Shown here in pieces: positions 13,010 to 27,900 of a stretch of DNA of 64,000 nt. Below the pieces are notes generated by a model. That model worked only from the letters and a program-made list of their open reading frames with translations. It was not told the DNA's origin and did no database searches. Each line of letters starts with the position of its first letter. Position 1 is the stretch's first letter. The position numbers and the translations under genes are program-made. Source of the stretch: the human T2T-CHM13v2.0 reference genome, Homo sapiens; NCBI RefSeq assembly GCF_009914755.1, contig NC_060947.1, one strand, 5' to 3'.

Positions 13010-13201
13010 TATGTATGTACAAATCCCATACAAGGAATTCCTCTTAAGGCGATAGCTGCTGTCTCTCCCTTTGGCAGCCAGCATACTCTCAGAGTATGCT
13101 TTCTGTTTACAATAAGCTTCTCTGCCTACTCTTACTTTGAATTTGCTCTCAAATTGTTTTGTGCGGTTAAATCAAGAACTTGAACTGGCCCACTGACAAC
13201 A
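13010..13201 (+). mobile_element. 3' part of the LTR interrupted by the L1
   Basis: PolyA-signal-like caataagc, then ...aatcaagaacttgaactggcccactgacaaca with a terminal CA. Confidence 0.6.
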
Positions 13202-13895
13202 ATAGCAGTGATGCATAGTAAATTAGCATTTGTTTTACTTGCAATGTGAATCAGACAATAATGCTTTCCTTAGACACAATCATTGCATCATTCATCATTC
13301 ACAATGGAAATAATGTTTCATGAAGTTGTGTTTTGTTGTGGTTAAAGCTCATATTATCATTTCGTGAATCCAAATATTCTATATTTTACTTTTCTTATTT
13401 TATTACTCCTTGATTCTTCACATACTGCCGTCTTTAAAAATTGTTAACTAATATTTATGATTGTGTAGTCCTACGGAGCCCAAGAGATTTTCCTCATTGT
13501 ATTACTTATTTATCTTTTCTTCCTTTTCCTTTGCGAAAAATGATCTGAAACTATTATTTATCTTTTATGATTAACTTACCAAATATTCTTGCTACTGAAC
13601 CAGCTTTTTTGTTGTTGTTGTTTAAAAGTGGGCACGGGGATTGTTCTTAAAAATAATTTTATGACTTAATCCTCTAACAAATATTTTCATTTTAAGTGGA
13701 TGCCCTTTCTAATATATATAAATTTTAAAGATCAGCATCTTTGCAAACTTCCTTTTAGTTTAACATACATTTTCCCTTACAAGTTCAATTTTGTATTTTT
13801 GTCTTTATTTTATTCCTTTGTTTTTTTATTCTATGTATTGTCGTCAGGACCAGATAACCTGCTGTCTTCCACCCTCTTAAAAAAAGCAATTAGTT

Positions 13896-14190
13896 GGCCG
13901 AGCGCGGTGTCTCTTGCCTGTAATCCCAGCACTTTGGGAGGCGGAGGCGGGCGGATCACGAGGTCAGGAGATCGAGACCATCCTGGCTAACACGGTGAAA
14001 CACCATCTCTACTTAAAAAACATACAAAAAATTAGACGGGCGTGGTGGCGGGTGCCTGTAGTCCCAGCTACTCCGGAAGCTGAGGCAGGAAAATGGCAAG
14101 CTCCGGGAAGCGGAGCTTGCAGTGAGCCGAGATCGCCACTCCAGCCTGGCCGACAGAGCAAGACTCCATCTTAAAAAAAAGAAAAAAAAA
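13896..14190 (+). mobile_element. AluY
   Basis: gatcacgaggtcaggagatcgagaccatcctggctaacacggtg; A-tail; TSD aaaaagcaattagtt on both sides; ~7-bp deletion in the right arm (gagatcgccactccagcc). Confidence 0.95.
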
Positions 14191-15239
14191 AAAAAAAGCA
14201 ATTAGTTCTGATTTAGTGTTTTCATCCTTCTTTATAATTATAATCTGCATTGCTTTTCTTATTTATTATTTTCTAACTCCCATGTATAGTCACTATATAT
14301 AACTATATAATTGTTGTTTCCTTATAGATTCAGTTATGTCCAAAGCTATCACTTTTCTACATTTTTTTTTTGCAATTTCAGTGTGAAATCAAATGTTCCA
14401 GCTTTTCTGTGAATCCCCATATTTCTTTTAGATAAGCTAAATCTCTGAGATTTGAGCCCATTGAAATATATTCTGATTTGATCCTTCTCTTTTAGCAGGT
14501 TATATGCTATGTTCCTTTATTCTTTTCCAATATCTTTGCTTGACATTAGTCTTAATAAAATATTTATGTACCAGGCATCTCCAAAGTTTCTTTCTTTATT
14601 TGTTAATATATTTGCTTTTGTAATTTTGATCCAATATTTTTTCAGAGGGGATGTAAGATGGCTTACATCAATACATGCAATTCACACATCATTCATTTGC
14701 ATGTTCTCACAACCTCTAGGAGAAAATATGAAAACTGCCTTTCTGCTACATACTGTACTAGTGCTGGGACATTTGAATATTGTAATGATAAGAACCAGAA
14801 TTTATTATAACAATAAGAACAGAAAAGGCAGAGGGAGGAAGATAAATCAAAATGGCTTAATTTACTTTATTCTATATTATTTTAATAGGGATAGTTTATA
14901 AATTATCAACTTAAAAATATCTTTCATTTTTTAAAAAAAAATTTGCCTGGAAGTTTTCAATAAGTTATCTTTTGGTCAAATTATCCTCTTGAGACTATTT
15001 TTGGGCACCCATCAAGCTTACTTAACCAAAAGTTTCCATGCTTATTTTAATCTTAGAGCTGTACATTGAATATTCAAACTATACTCCTGTCTGAAACCTT
15101 TATTGCATTCTTAAAATGCATGTTTATCCTTTTCTTCTTCACATACTGAAATAAAATAAGCAACAAAAATGATTGCAATAATTTGCCAAAAGTGTTTAAA
15201 TAAGGAAAATATGATCTATTCAGATAGATGTCTTGTGCT

Positions 15240-16270
15240 TTTTTAAAATTATGAAACAATCTGAAGCTTAAAGAAAATTTGCAAGTATAGTACAAATAAC
15301 TTTTTCTATAATCTATTTGAGAGTGAAATGCTGACTGATGATGCCCCATGAACCCCAGCTCTTGTTTTGTGCAGATTTCCTATCAACAAGGACAATGGAT
15401 CACAGTACAACTATCAACATTGGGAAATTAACCTAAACACAATCCTAACAGCTAATCATCAGACCCCATTGAAGTTGTGTCAAATGTCCAAATAACACCC
15501 TTTCTAGTGAAATGATTCGTTTCAGAATATACACATTCACTTTATTTATCATATTTCCTTATTCTCCTTCTTTGGTTTTCATGATCTTGGCACTATGGAA
15601 AAGTACAGACAAGTTACATTGTAGTTTGTCTCTCGATTTGGGTTTATTTGATGGTTTCTTATAATTTGATTCAGGCCATGTATCTTTTGTAGCATTATCC
15701 TGGGAGAAATATTGTTTTCTTTTTACTGTGATCAATGAGGTGGCATGCCATTTTAATTAGTTTTATCACTAATGATGTTTATTTTGATCATTTAATAGAG
15801 TATTCACAAGACTTCTCCACTGTAAACTTTGTGTTTTTACCTCTTTGTAATCATAAAGTATTTTAATAATTTAATGGATGTAAATATCCCATTCTTTATC
15901 TAATGTTTGATTTATTCTTTATTAATTTATATAGTTATGGTTTCATAATTCTGTAATTTATTTAATGGGTTATAATATGCTACAATAATTATTTATTTTA
16001 ATGCTCAAATTGTCTGATTCAGCAGTAGGAGACCCTTTAAACTGCCTCCAATATCCTTTTGATACATCCCCATCATTTCTTAAGCATGTCCTTCTTTACC
16101 AGAATCAGAATATGTATGAGGATTTTCTTGTGCTCTCCGTGCCCCAGATCTAGAATTATCCTTGCTCCAAGAAATTCTGGTTCTTTTTAGAGGAAAATGG
16201 TGTTTTGAAACTGATATCTGGATGCTAATTCAATCCCAAACCTCACCACCACAGGGTTCAGTCTAATATT
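15240..16270 (-). mobile_element. Ancient L1MC-type 3' region fragment
   Basis: gcaagtatagtacaaataac...tttgagagt...atgcccca and tgctcaaattgtc motifs typical of L1MC4/5. Boundaries approximate. Confidence 0.6.
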
Positions 16271-17009
16271 ATCTCTTTTCTTATTTCTAATTCTCTTTTT
16301 CAGCAAGGAGAAATAAGGGTCATGTAAATATATTTACTTACCTAGTTACTCCTCCTCTGTGTAACCAATCCCCTGTGGCTACCACTGTCATCTTTCTCAC
16401 TAACTAATTGCTGTATTAATACTCCTGTCGATTTTTTGGCTCTTGAAGCAAATATGAGGATAAACTCAAATATCTTGTTTTTAAATTTCCATGCTGACTC
16501 ATTTTTAATAACTTCTTACACAGAAACTTTTCAAATATTCTTAATATCTGAAGAAACCACACTTTCTCTTTTCTGCTCATTCATATTTTATCTCTCTAAG
16601 AAAATATAAGGGAGTTTATTACACTAGCTGGAATATTCACTAGCTAGATCTCTATTATATGGAAATTATATTATTCAGAACTCACAGGATCCTTTCTTGA
16701 AGAATAACTTGGGACTTTTCCAGTCCATAGCATTTTGTATATGTTCATGTAACATATTTGTAGCAAATTTTTCCTGCTTTTGCACTGGGATATTTTCATA
16801 CGTTTTTGTTGATATTATATATTCCAAGGTGTTATCTATTCCAATGGAAACATGAGGTTTCTCAATTTTTAAGATCATCTTATGTATGGAACACTCTTTG
16901 ATTTAGTTTTTTCTAGACTATGGCACGTGGAGCTTACTATTTCTAAAAGTAACCATTCTCTAGGTTAAATAAGGGGTATATAATTTAGGGATTTTTCCAG
17001 AGATTATTT

Positions 17010-17830
17010 ACCAATTACAAAGGGGAGGAAGAGATTCCATTACAGTGGGAGAAATATAATAGACACAACTGCAATGAAGTGGTAAAAGTTAATCAGTATT
17101 AAAATCAGTATTAGAACAAATTGACGTCCTGTGCCTCATGATGTGATGCCATGAGGAAAATATACATGACTTCTCTGAGGTTCTGGCTAAAAACACACAA
17201 GCTCACTCTAATCATGAGAAAACAATCAGACAAATCAAAAGTGAGAGCAATTTACAAAACAGCTCTGAATTTTTTAAAAATGTTAATGCCATGAGAAAAA
17301 AAATGTTTGGAGAAGTCTTCTAAATTAATAGAGACAAAAGAAAGCATGACAACTAAATGCAATGCTCAATCCTGAATTGATTCATGAATTAAAAAAATCA
17401 TATTTTAAAGATATTATTGGGAAAATCAGTGAAATTTTTATAAACTGTCGAGTTGTCAATACCTTATACTATGTTTAAATTTTCTTTATTTGAAATTGTA
17501 TAATAGTTATGTAAAACAATATCCTTGCTCTTAGAAGACAGATGCTAGCAGTATTAGGGATAAAGTGTCATGAAAGTTGCAAATTACTCTCAATGGCTTG
17601 AGAAAAAATAATTATATATATTAGTTATATACACTTTCATATATATTAATTATATATACTTACATATATTTATATATTTAAGCCCACACAGAGTCACAAA
17701 TACATGCATGCACAAATATACAAAGGAGAAAGAAAGAAATCAAGCAAAATGGTGAAACTGGGTGAAAGATGTACACTTCTTACATTTTTTCTGTGGCTTA
17801 AAAATGTATTAAATAAAATTTAAAAAAAAA
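17010..17830 (+). mobile_element. Ancient L1ME/L1MC 3' end fragment
   Basis: ctaatcatgagaaaacaatcagacaaatcaaaagtgag...catgacaactaaatgcaatg motifs and an A-rich end. Confidence 0.65.
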
Positions 17831-17910
17831 TGAAAAAATGAAAAAATATATTCTGTTTTATTCAAAAACCCTGTAAAAATCCATTTTTATTTGTTTTTAA
17901 TCACCTTTAT

Positions 17911-18680
17911 CTGTTGGTGGGAATTACAGTTAGTACAATCACTGTGGAGAACAGTGTGGAGGTTAAGCAGAAAACTAAAAAGAGCTGCCATACAATCCAG
18001 CAATCCCGCTCCTAGGTATATACTCAAAAGAAAGGAAATCAGTATGTTGAGGAGATATCTGGGCTCTCACATTTATTCCAGCATGATTTATAATAGCCAA
18101 GATTTGGAAGCAACCTATATCCATCAACAGATGAATGAATAAAGAAAATGTGTTATGTATACACAATGAAGTGCTATTTAGCCATTACAAAAAAATGAGA
18201 TCCTGTCATTTGCAATAGCATGGATGGAACTGGAGGTCATTACGCTAAGTGAAATAAGCCAGGCACAGAAAGACAAATATTACATGTTTTCACTTATTTG
18301 TGGGATCTAAAACTCAAAACAATTGAACTCATGGAGATACAGAGTAGAAAGATGATTACTAGAAGCTATGAAGGGTAGTGGGAGGGTGGAGGGTAAGTGA
18401 GAATGATTAACGGATACAAAAATAGTTAGAAATAATAAATAAGTCCTAGTATTTGGTAGCATAACACGGTGAATATGGTAAAAAATTAATTGTACATTTT
18501 AAAATAACTAAGAGTATAATTAGATTTTTTGTAACACGAAGGATAAATGCTTGAGTTGATGAATATTCCATTTTCTCTGGTGTAATTATTATGCATTGTA
18601 TGCCTGTATCATATCTCATGTATCCCATAAATATATATACCTACTATGTATCCACAAAAATTAAACACATAAATAAAATA
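17911..18680 (+). mobile_element. L1MA-type 3' end (5'-truncated)
   Basis: gcatggatggaactggaggtcattacgctaagtgaaataagccaggcacagaaagacaaat and an L1MA 3' UTR. Confidence 0.88.
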
Positions 18681-18878
18681 CTTTCTTATATCCACCCTAA
18701 ATTTTATAAGTGACATCTGAAACTTCTTTCTTCTTCTTCTTTCTTTGATCAATGTGTGTACTAGCTAGTTATAATTCTCTGAATAATTTTTACATGCCTA
18801 ATGACATAAATTACTTCTTTGCTTCCATTTCAGAATCTTCACATGTTTTAAGCTATAAGATGCATAACTAACAACTAA

Positions 18879-19207
18879 ACTGAAAATCATATAAACATAA
18901 ATATACATTGGAGCAATATTAATATTTTTAATTTTAAAAATTGAAAATATAAACTTATATTACATTAAGAAACTCTAAGGACTAAATTTCCTCTTTCCTA
19001 TCCTCAGAATATGAATTAGTTTTAAAATTAAATACTGAAAATCATATAAACATAAATATACATTGGAGCAATATTTTTTAATTTAATATTTTTAATTTTA
19101 AAAATTGAAAATATAAATTTATAATCATATTACATTAAGACCTCTAAGGACTAAATTTCCTCTTTCCTATCCTCAGAATATGAATTAGTTTTAAAATTAA
19201 ATACTGA
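18879..19207. repeat. Tandem duplication of unique AT-rich DNA (155-bp and 169-bp copies)
   Basis: actgaaaatcatataaacataaatatacattggagcaat...ctctaaggactaaatttcctctttcctatcctcagaatatgaattagttttaaaattaaat starts at 18879 and again at 19034. Confidence 0.95.
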
Positions 19208-19438
19208 TTTGAAAAAACATGCTTTGAAAGAAGAATTAGAATAAATAGAGAAAACAGTGACAATTTTCTCATTACAGGTAATAAACTTGATATTTTTTGT
19301 TTTTTAGTCTACGTACTATTTGAAGATCTGAAGATTATATTAGCCATCTTGGCAGATATTAAATGAATAACACAAATACTAGCTTCTTAGTTCAGCTTTG
19401 TTTCTTTAAGGAAAACAAGGTTCTTAGACATCTTAAAC

Positions 19439-19734
<296 letters not shown>

Positions 19735-21702
19735 TAGACATCTAACTTTTATAAAAAAAAATTTGTTTGTGTTTTTGTGTGTGTTTGTGTGTATGTATGT
19801 TGAGGATGAGGCTAACTCTCTTTCAGACTTCCATATATACTTTTTTCTATTTAGCTTTTAAAACATATTTGTACATTTAATTTATCTGTACAGTAATTAT
19901 GTACAGATAAGTATGTTAATTTATATTTTATGTAAATGATAGTGTTTTTCATTTTATTATTATTCATTTTATTTTGTATGTCATTTCAGAGGTCAGTCTT
20001 ATTTGGAAAAAATACATTACTAATGTTTAGGATCACTCTGAATTCTAGTTCAGCTTTTGGGGGTTTTAGCAATCATTTGGAGCTATTCTTTGTGTACCAT
20101 GACTGTTCAGTGACTATTTATTGAACACCCCAAAATTACAGTGTTATATGGTATGGAAGTTATAGAACAAAGAAGATATGAAGCTTCAAAGAATTTGCCC
20201 TCCGTTTACCCAAGTATCCTCTGAGAAAAAAACAATTTAGCTGCACAATATAGACCAGACATTTTAGTGTACATGTATATATGTTCATTATAAAAATTTA
20301 ATACGGAAAAACATAATGAAGAAAACAAAAATCCCCCTAACTTCTAGCACCTAGGGTAACTACTAAAAACACTTTGGAAAATATAGTTCTAAATATCAAT
20401 TGATATTAATCTCTCTCTCTCTTTCTCCGTCCCTATCTATCTACATATTTTCTTCCTCTACAGAGATACCCAAGTGCAATTTTATATTAATAGCTTCACA
20501 CTACACAAACTGTCATGCATTTTGCCTTTAAGCATTAAATTATTTTTGATATATAACTTAGATATCAGTAACACAAATCTATTTTATTATTTTTAAAGCC
20601 TATAGTTTTCATAGCTATACAGATATATATATATATATTCTAAATCTCTTTTCAATGATTACCAATAGATGCTTAGGCTCTTATCTTTTTTCTATTATTT
20701 TTTTCTGTGGCCATTTTTGGCATATAGATATTTTCATATGTGATCAATGACCACTAATATAAATTCCTTGAAGAGTATTGCTTGCTCAAATCTAACCCAA
20801 TTTTAAATTCTATTATACTAAAATGTTTTCGGGTATATAAATTTACGCTTCACATTTCTTGACCGACACTAATTATTTCTATTTTTCTTTAGTCTTTGAC
20901 AACATGCCATGCCATTTTACATTTCTATTATTCACATTCTCATTTAAAAAGCCCTTTTAATGTCAAGATATTTTTTGATAACTGGCTGATTAATATGGCC
21001 AGTTATGTTGTTTTGTCCTTTGATATATTCTCAATCATATTTGTTAAATTATACTTTTTCTGGCTGGTAAGATTTATTTACACGTCTCTTAATGTATTCT
21101 AGACCATATTTGCATTAATATTTTTGAGATTTTATGTGGCTTATTTTCTCATTTTTTGCTTTCATCATCAAGGTTTTTTTATACAGAATTAAAGTAAAAT
21201 AGGATGAGAAGATGTCATTCAACTATGTGTTGTGGAATAGTTTAAATAGCATAGACATTATCTATTCCTTAGTAATTTTAAGAATAGCCTTATGTTAACA
21301 TCTGGGTCTACCCTGTATTTGTGGGGTAAAGTGACATATTGTCAATGTGTTTATTCTTTTCCATTTAGTTTATTTTTTCTCTTTTTTGCTCTAAGTGGTT
21401 TAATTCATTAATTCACAGTGTTGTTTGAATGAAGAATTTAAATTTCCACTATTTCTGTATTTATACATTGTTCTCATTTTTTTTTATTTGTATCTTAGGA
21501 CATTAAGAGATTATATGTTGTGTATTTTAATAAAGGATTTCTCTCTTTTATAATTTTATTTATTTTCTATTTTCTAATTCATTAATGTCTTCCTACTTCT
21601 CTCCTTAATTATGAATTGATTTTTTTTTAAATTTCTTGCATTAGTTTCATCATGCATTTATTCTGTTTTGGGGGGAATATCATTTATAAGGTTATGAATT
21701 CA

Positions 21703-22185
<483 letters not shown>

Positions 22186-22419
22186 CTATGTCTTTCATGA
22201 AAGTGGAAGTGATGTATTACCGGTATCAGGTTTGTAAGAGATGTGCTATCTCCATGCTGATATTCTTCATTCACAGTTTTGATGTCATTCTTAATCTAAT
22301 TATTAAAATAAAGTTGATTTTTGTGATAGAGTATTTTCAGACTCAGTTCACGACCTCTGCCTCACACCCTCTTTCCTGCCGCAGTGATTGTGGACATTTT
22401 TTCTCAAGTTTTAAACACT

Positions 22420-22550
22420 TTTTTTCTTTTCTTTCTTACCTTTCCTTTTCTTTTTCCCTCCCTCCCTCCCTGTCTTCCTTCATTCCTTCCCTCCTTTTCT
22501 CCCTCACTCTCTCCTAATATCCCTCTCTACTTCCTTCCTTTCTTTCCTTC
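22420..22550. repeat. CT-rich low-complexity tract
   Basis: (CCT/CTT/CCTT)-rich polypyrimidine run. Confidence 0.85.
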
Positions 22551-22885
22551 ATAAAGTGGTATGACATGGGCCTTGATCAATGAGGAACAATATTGGTTCA
22601 AACAGAAATGACATTGGCTGCAAATATTTGGTACTGGTTGACCAATGCACGCAAGCTTAAATATATGGTTATTTTTGCTTCCCACATCATTTCTTCATTC
22701 ATTTACACTTCATTTGTCCAGGACGTGTGTAAAAGTTTCTTTAAACTGTTTTTTTATTTATTGCCTTACACATCTGTATATTTAAGTTTCTTTTGGATTC
22801 TGGAAAATTTGCAACCAGTATTGCTTTTAATATTTCTTCTCCATTTTTTTTCTATTATCTTCTACTGTTACTCTCTTTAGATTTA

Positions 22886-23238
22886 CAGTCATGGGCCACA
22901 TAACAGTATTTCAGCCAATGATGGACCTCATATGCAAAGGTGGTCCCATAAAATCATAATACCATATTTTTACTGTAACTTTCATATGTTTAGATATGTT
23001 TAGAAACACAAATACTTCTTACCAATGTTTTACAATTGCCTATAGTATTCAGTAGAGTAACACACTGTTCAGGTCTGTAGTCTAGGACAATAGGCCATAC
23101 CATGTAGGCTAGTTATACACTAGACTATATAACATCTAGGTTTATGTTAAGTACACTTTATAATGTTTGCACAATGATGAAATCTCCTAATGATGCATTT
23201 CTCAGAGTGTATCCCTATCATTAAATGACACGTAATTG
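22886..23238. mobile_element. Tigger3a/MER7A-type non-autonomous DNA transposon (TcMar-Tigger)
   Basis: TA|cagtcatgggccacataac...cattaaatgacacgtaattg|TA: degenerate TIRs, TA target duplication, ~350 bp. Confidence 0.88.
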
Positions 23239-23275
23239 TACATTGACACTTTCTCATTACTGTCATTACTTTTAA

Positions 23276-23630
<355 letters not shown>

Positions 23631-23631
23631 A

Positions 23632-23800
23632 AGATATATATCTAAAGATACCTATCTATCTAGATACTTAATCTACTAATCTATCTAGATATTTAATCTA
23701 TCTAGATAATTAAATGTCTATCTAGATATTTAATCTATCTAGATAATTAAATGTCTATCTAGATATTTAATTATTAGTAGATAATTAATATCTACTAATA
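23632..23800. repeat. ATCTAGAT-containing minisatellite (37-bp higher-order unit) ending in a 12-bp hairpin
   Basis: ctatctagatatttaat + ctatctagataattaaatgt repeats from 23681. tattagtagata-attaa-tatctactaata at 23772-23800. Confidence 0.85.
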
Positions 23801-24084
23801 TTTAAACCATCAATTGATATTTTATTTTTTTCCACAGAGATCTTATCCCGATCAGAATACTTTTCATTTCTAGAAATACTATTGTTTTCCCAATTTTTCT
23901 GCCCTTGTTGGTCTCTTTTTCCTTGTTTATTTTTTTATTTCATCATTCATTCATTTATTTTATTAGCTTTTTCAAACATAGCTAGGTTATGTTCTGTATG
24001 TGATATTACTTAAATCTGAAGTTTTTGGTCATCTAAATATGTTTTTCTTTCTTTGTGTGGCTATTTCAGATAACTAGTTCTTTG

Positions 24085-24212
24085 ATTTATTTGTTTTTTT
24101 TTGTATTTTTAGTAGAGACGGGGTTTTGCCATGTTGGCCAGGGTGGTCTTGAACTCCTGACCTCAGGTGATCCACCCTCTGGGATTACAGGCATGAGCCA
24201 TTGTGCCTGGCC
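24085..24212 (-). mobile_element. Alu left-arm fragment with internal deletion
   Basis: ttgtatttttagtagagacggggttttgccatgttgg...gatccaccc|tctgggattacaggc. Confidence 0.9.
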
Positions 24213-24819
24213 CTGTATTTTCTTATATAGTTCATACATTCCTATTCTAGTTTCAGATGGTGCTTTCATGTCCCTCCTTGTAGAGATTTTTCTAATATAT
24301 AAGGAGCTCAGAAATAAATTAAAGTACATACCAGTGATCATTCACCCAGGATGTACTTCATTTTTAGTTGCAGAGACTTTTAGAATATCTTATATTCCAT
24401 GCTGCTTGAAAAATATTTGCTCTTTGAAATAAATAGAACATTTAAAAAAGGCCAGATGTGCAAATATAGACCAAACCTCTTCCTTTCAAACATTAAAAAT
24501 TCCCAAAGTATTTCATGAATATTCTTATAACCATATGGCAAAATGCTGAATACTCAAATATGCACATGTAGAAAGATGTGACAACAATGTGTTGGCTAAA
24601 GTGAAACTGATAGTTTATGATGGAGTCTAAAGCTCAAACTTTCTTTAATGTCTTTATTATTAAATATTTTCATTTCCAAAAATTCTCTTAAAATATCCAG
24701 TTGTCTATCCCATTATATAAGACATAAATAAAATTGTTGAATGATATTAATCCTTAGTGTGATTCTGGTGGAAATGGATTCCATAGAGTCTTTTTAGTTA
24801 ATGAATTAAGAACAACCAT

Positions 24820-24911
24820 CATACTCAAATATGTTTTCCAAATTTTTAGACTTCTTTTCTTCCTTGGGAACACCAAATATTCTTGGGTTTGGTGATTTAA
24901 CATAATCCCAA
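24820..24911 (-). mobile_element. Old L1 (L1PB/L1M) ORF1 fragment
   Basis: Reverse complement gggattatgttaaatcaccaaacc...ttggaaaacatatttgag is ORF1-like. Confidence 0.65.
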
Positions 24912-27900
24912 ATGGTTTTTCTTATCTCTGTCTCCTTCGGTTCTTCTCTGATCTCAGTTATTTCTTGTCTTCTTCTAGCTTTTCAATTTGTTTGCTCTTG
25001 CTTCTCCATTTCTTTCAATTGTGATGTTAGAGTGTCAATTTTAGATCTTTCTCACTTTTTCCTGTGGGTATTTAGTGCTATAAATTTTCCTGTAAACACT
25101 GCTTTAGCTGTGTCCCAGAGATTCTGGTACATTGTGTCTTTGTTCTCATTGGTTTCAAATAACTTATTTATTTCTGCCTTAATTTTGTTATGTACCCAGT
25201 AGTCATTCAGGAGCAGGTTGTTTAGTTTCCATGTTGTTGTGCAGTTTTGAGTGAATTTCTTAATCATGAATTCTGATTAGATTGCACTGTGGTCTGAGAG
25301 ACTGTTTGTTATGATTTCCATTCTTTTGCATTTGCTGAGGAGTGTTTTGCTTCCAATTATGAGGTCAATTTTACAATAAGTGTGATGTGGTGATGAGAAG
25401 AATGTTTATTCTGTTGATTTGCGGTGGAGAGTTCTCTAGATGTCTATTAGGTCCACTTGGTCCAGAGCTGAGTTCAAGTCCTGAATATCTTTGTTGATTT
25501 TCTGTCTAGTTGATCTGTCTAATATTGACAATGGGGTGTTAGAGTCTCCCACTATTATTGTGAGGGAGTCTAAGTCTCTTTGTAGGTCTCTAAGAACTTG
25601 CTTTACAAATCTGGGGGCTCCTGTATTGGGTGCGTACATATTTAGGATATTTAGCTCTTCTTGTTGCATTGATCCCTTTACCATTACGTAATGCCCTTCT
25701 TTGTCTCTTTTGATCTTTGTTGGTTTAAAGTCTGTTTTATCAGAGACTAGATTTGTAATCCCTGCTTTTTTTTTTTGCTTTCCATTTGCTTGGTAAATAT
25801 TCCTCCATCCCTTTATTTTGAGCCTATGTGTGTCTTTGCATGTGAGATGGGTCTCCTGAATACAGCACACCAATGGGTCTTGACTCTTTATCCAGTTTGC
25901 AAGTCTGTATCTTAATTGGGGCATGTAGCCTGTTTACATTTAAGGTTAATATTGTTATGTGTGAATTTGATCCTGTCATTATGATGCTAGCTGGTTATTT
26001 TGCCCATTAGTTGATGCAGTTTCTTCATAGTGTCGATGATCTTTACAATTTGATATGTTTTTGCAGTGGCTGGTACCAGTTTTTTCTTTCCATATTTAGT
26101 GCTTCCTTCAGCAGCTCTTGTAAGGCAGGCCTGGTAGTGACAAAAATCTCTCAGCATTTGCTTGTCTGTAAAGGATTTTATTTCTCCTTCACTTATGAAG
26201 CTTAGTTTGGCTGGATATGAGATTCTGGGTTGAAAATTCTTTTCTTTAAGAATGTCAAGTAATGGCCCCCACTCTCCTGGCTTGTACAGTTTCTGACAGG
26301 AGATCCACTGTTAGTCTGATGGGCTTCCCTTTGAGGGTAACCCGACCTTTCTCTCTGGCTGCCCTTAACATTTTTTCCTTCATTTCAACCTTGCTGAATC
26401 TGACAATTATATGTCTTGGGGTTGCTTTTCTCGAGGAGTATCTTTGTTGTGTTCTCTGTATTTCCTGAATTTGAATGTTAGCCTGTCTTGGTAGGTCGGG
26501 GAAGTTCTCCTGGATAATATTCTATAAAGTGTTTTCCAACTTGCTTCCATTCTCCCTGTCACTTTTAGGTACACCAGTCAAACACAGGTTTGTTCTTTTC
26601 ACATAGTCCCATATTTCTTGGAGGCTTTGTTCATTCCCTTTCATTCTTTTTTCTCTATTCTTGTCTTCACGCTTTATTTCATTAAGTTGGTCTTCAATCT
26701 CAGATATTCTTTCTTCCACTTGATCGATTTGGCTATCGATACTTTGTGTATGCTTCATGAAGTTCTCGTGCTGTGTTTTTCAGCTCCATCAGTCATTTAT
26801 GTTCTTCTCTAAACTGATTATTCTAGTTAGCAATTCCTCTAACGTTTTATCAAGTTTCCTTGAATTGGGTTAGAACATGCTCCTTTAGCTTAGAGGAGTT
26901 TGTTATTACCCACCTTCTGAGGCCTACTTCTGTCAATTCATCAACTGATTCTCTGCCTGGTTTTGTTCCCTTGTTGGCAAGGAGTTCTGATCCTTTGAAG
27001 GAGAAGAGGCATTCTGGTTTTTTGAATTTTCAGCCTTTTTGCGCTGCCTTTTCCTTATCTTTGTGTATTTATCTACCTTTGGTCTTTGATGTTGGTGACA
27101 TTTGGATGGGATTTTTGTGTGGATGTCCTTTTTGTTTATGTTGAGGCTATTCCTTTCATTTCTTTCTGTTTGTTAATTTTCCCTCTACCAGTCAGGCCCC
27201 TCTGCTGCAGGTCTGTTGTAGTTTGCTGGAGGTCCACTCCAGACCCTGTTTGCCTGGGTATCACTAGTGGAGGCTGCAGAACAGCAAAGATTGCTGCCTG
27301 TTCCTTCCTCTGGAAGCTTCATTCCAGAGGGGCACCCACCAGATGCCAGCTGGAGCTCCCCTGTATGAGGGATCTGTCGATTCCAGCTGGGAGGTGTCTG
27401 CTAGTCAGGAGGCACAGTTGTCAGGGACCCACTTGAGGAGGCAGTCTGCCCCTTAACAGAGCTTGAGTGCTGTTCTGGGAGATCCACTGCTCTCTTCAGA
27501 GCCAGCAGGCAGGGACGTTTAAGTCTGCTGAAGCTGCGCCCACAGCCGCCCCTTACCCCAGGTGCTCTGTCCCAGGGAGATGGGAGTTTTATCTATAAGC
27601 CACTGACTGGGGCTGCTGCCTTTCTTTCAGAGATGCCCTGTCCAGAGAGGAGGAATCTAGAGAGACAGTCTGACTACAGCAGCTTTGCTGAGCTGTGGTT
27701 GCCTCCTCTCAGTTCAAACTTCCAGGCAGCTTTGATTACACTGTAAGTGTAAACTACCTTCAGACTGCTCTGGTGGCAGTGAGAATTTCAAGCCAGTGGA
27801 TCTTACCTTTCTGGGCTCCATGGGGGTGGGATGTGCTGAGCCAGACTACTTGGCTTCCTGGCTTCAGTCTCCTTTTCAGGGGAGTGAACGGTTCTGTCTC

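Noticed and set aside
14509-14901. 130-aa ORF in non-repeat DNA
   Set aside because: Low-complexity F/I/L-rich translation of AT-rich DNA, with no domain or exon support.
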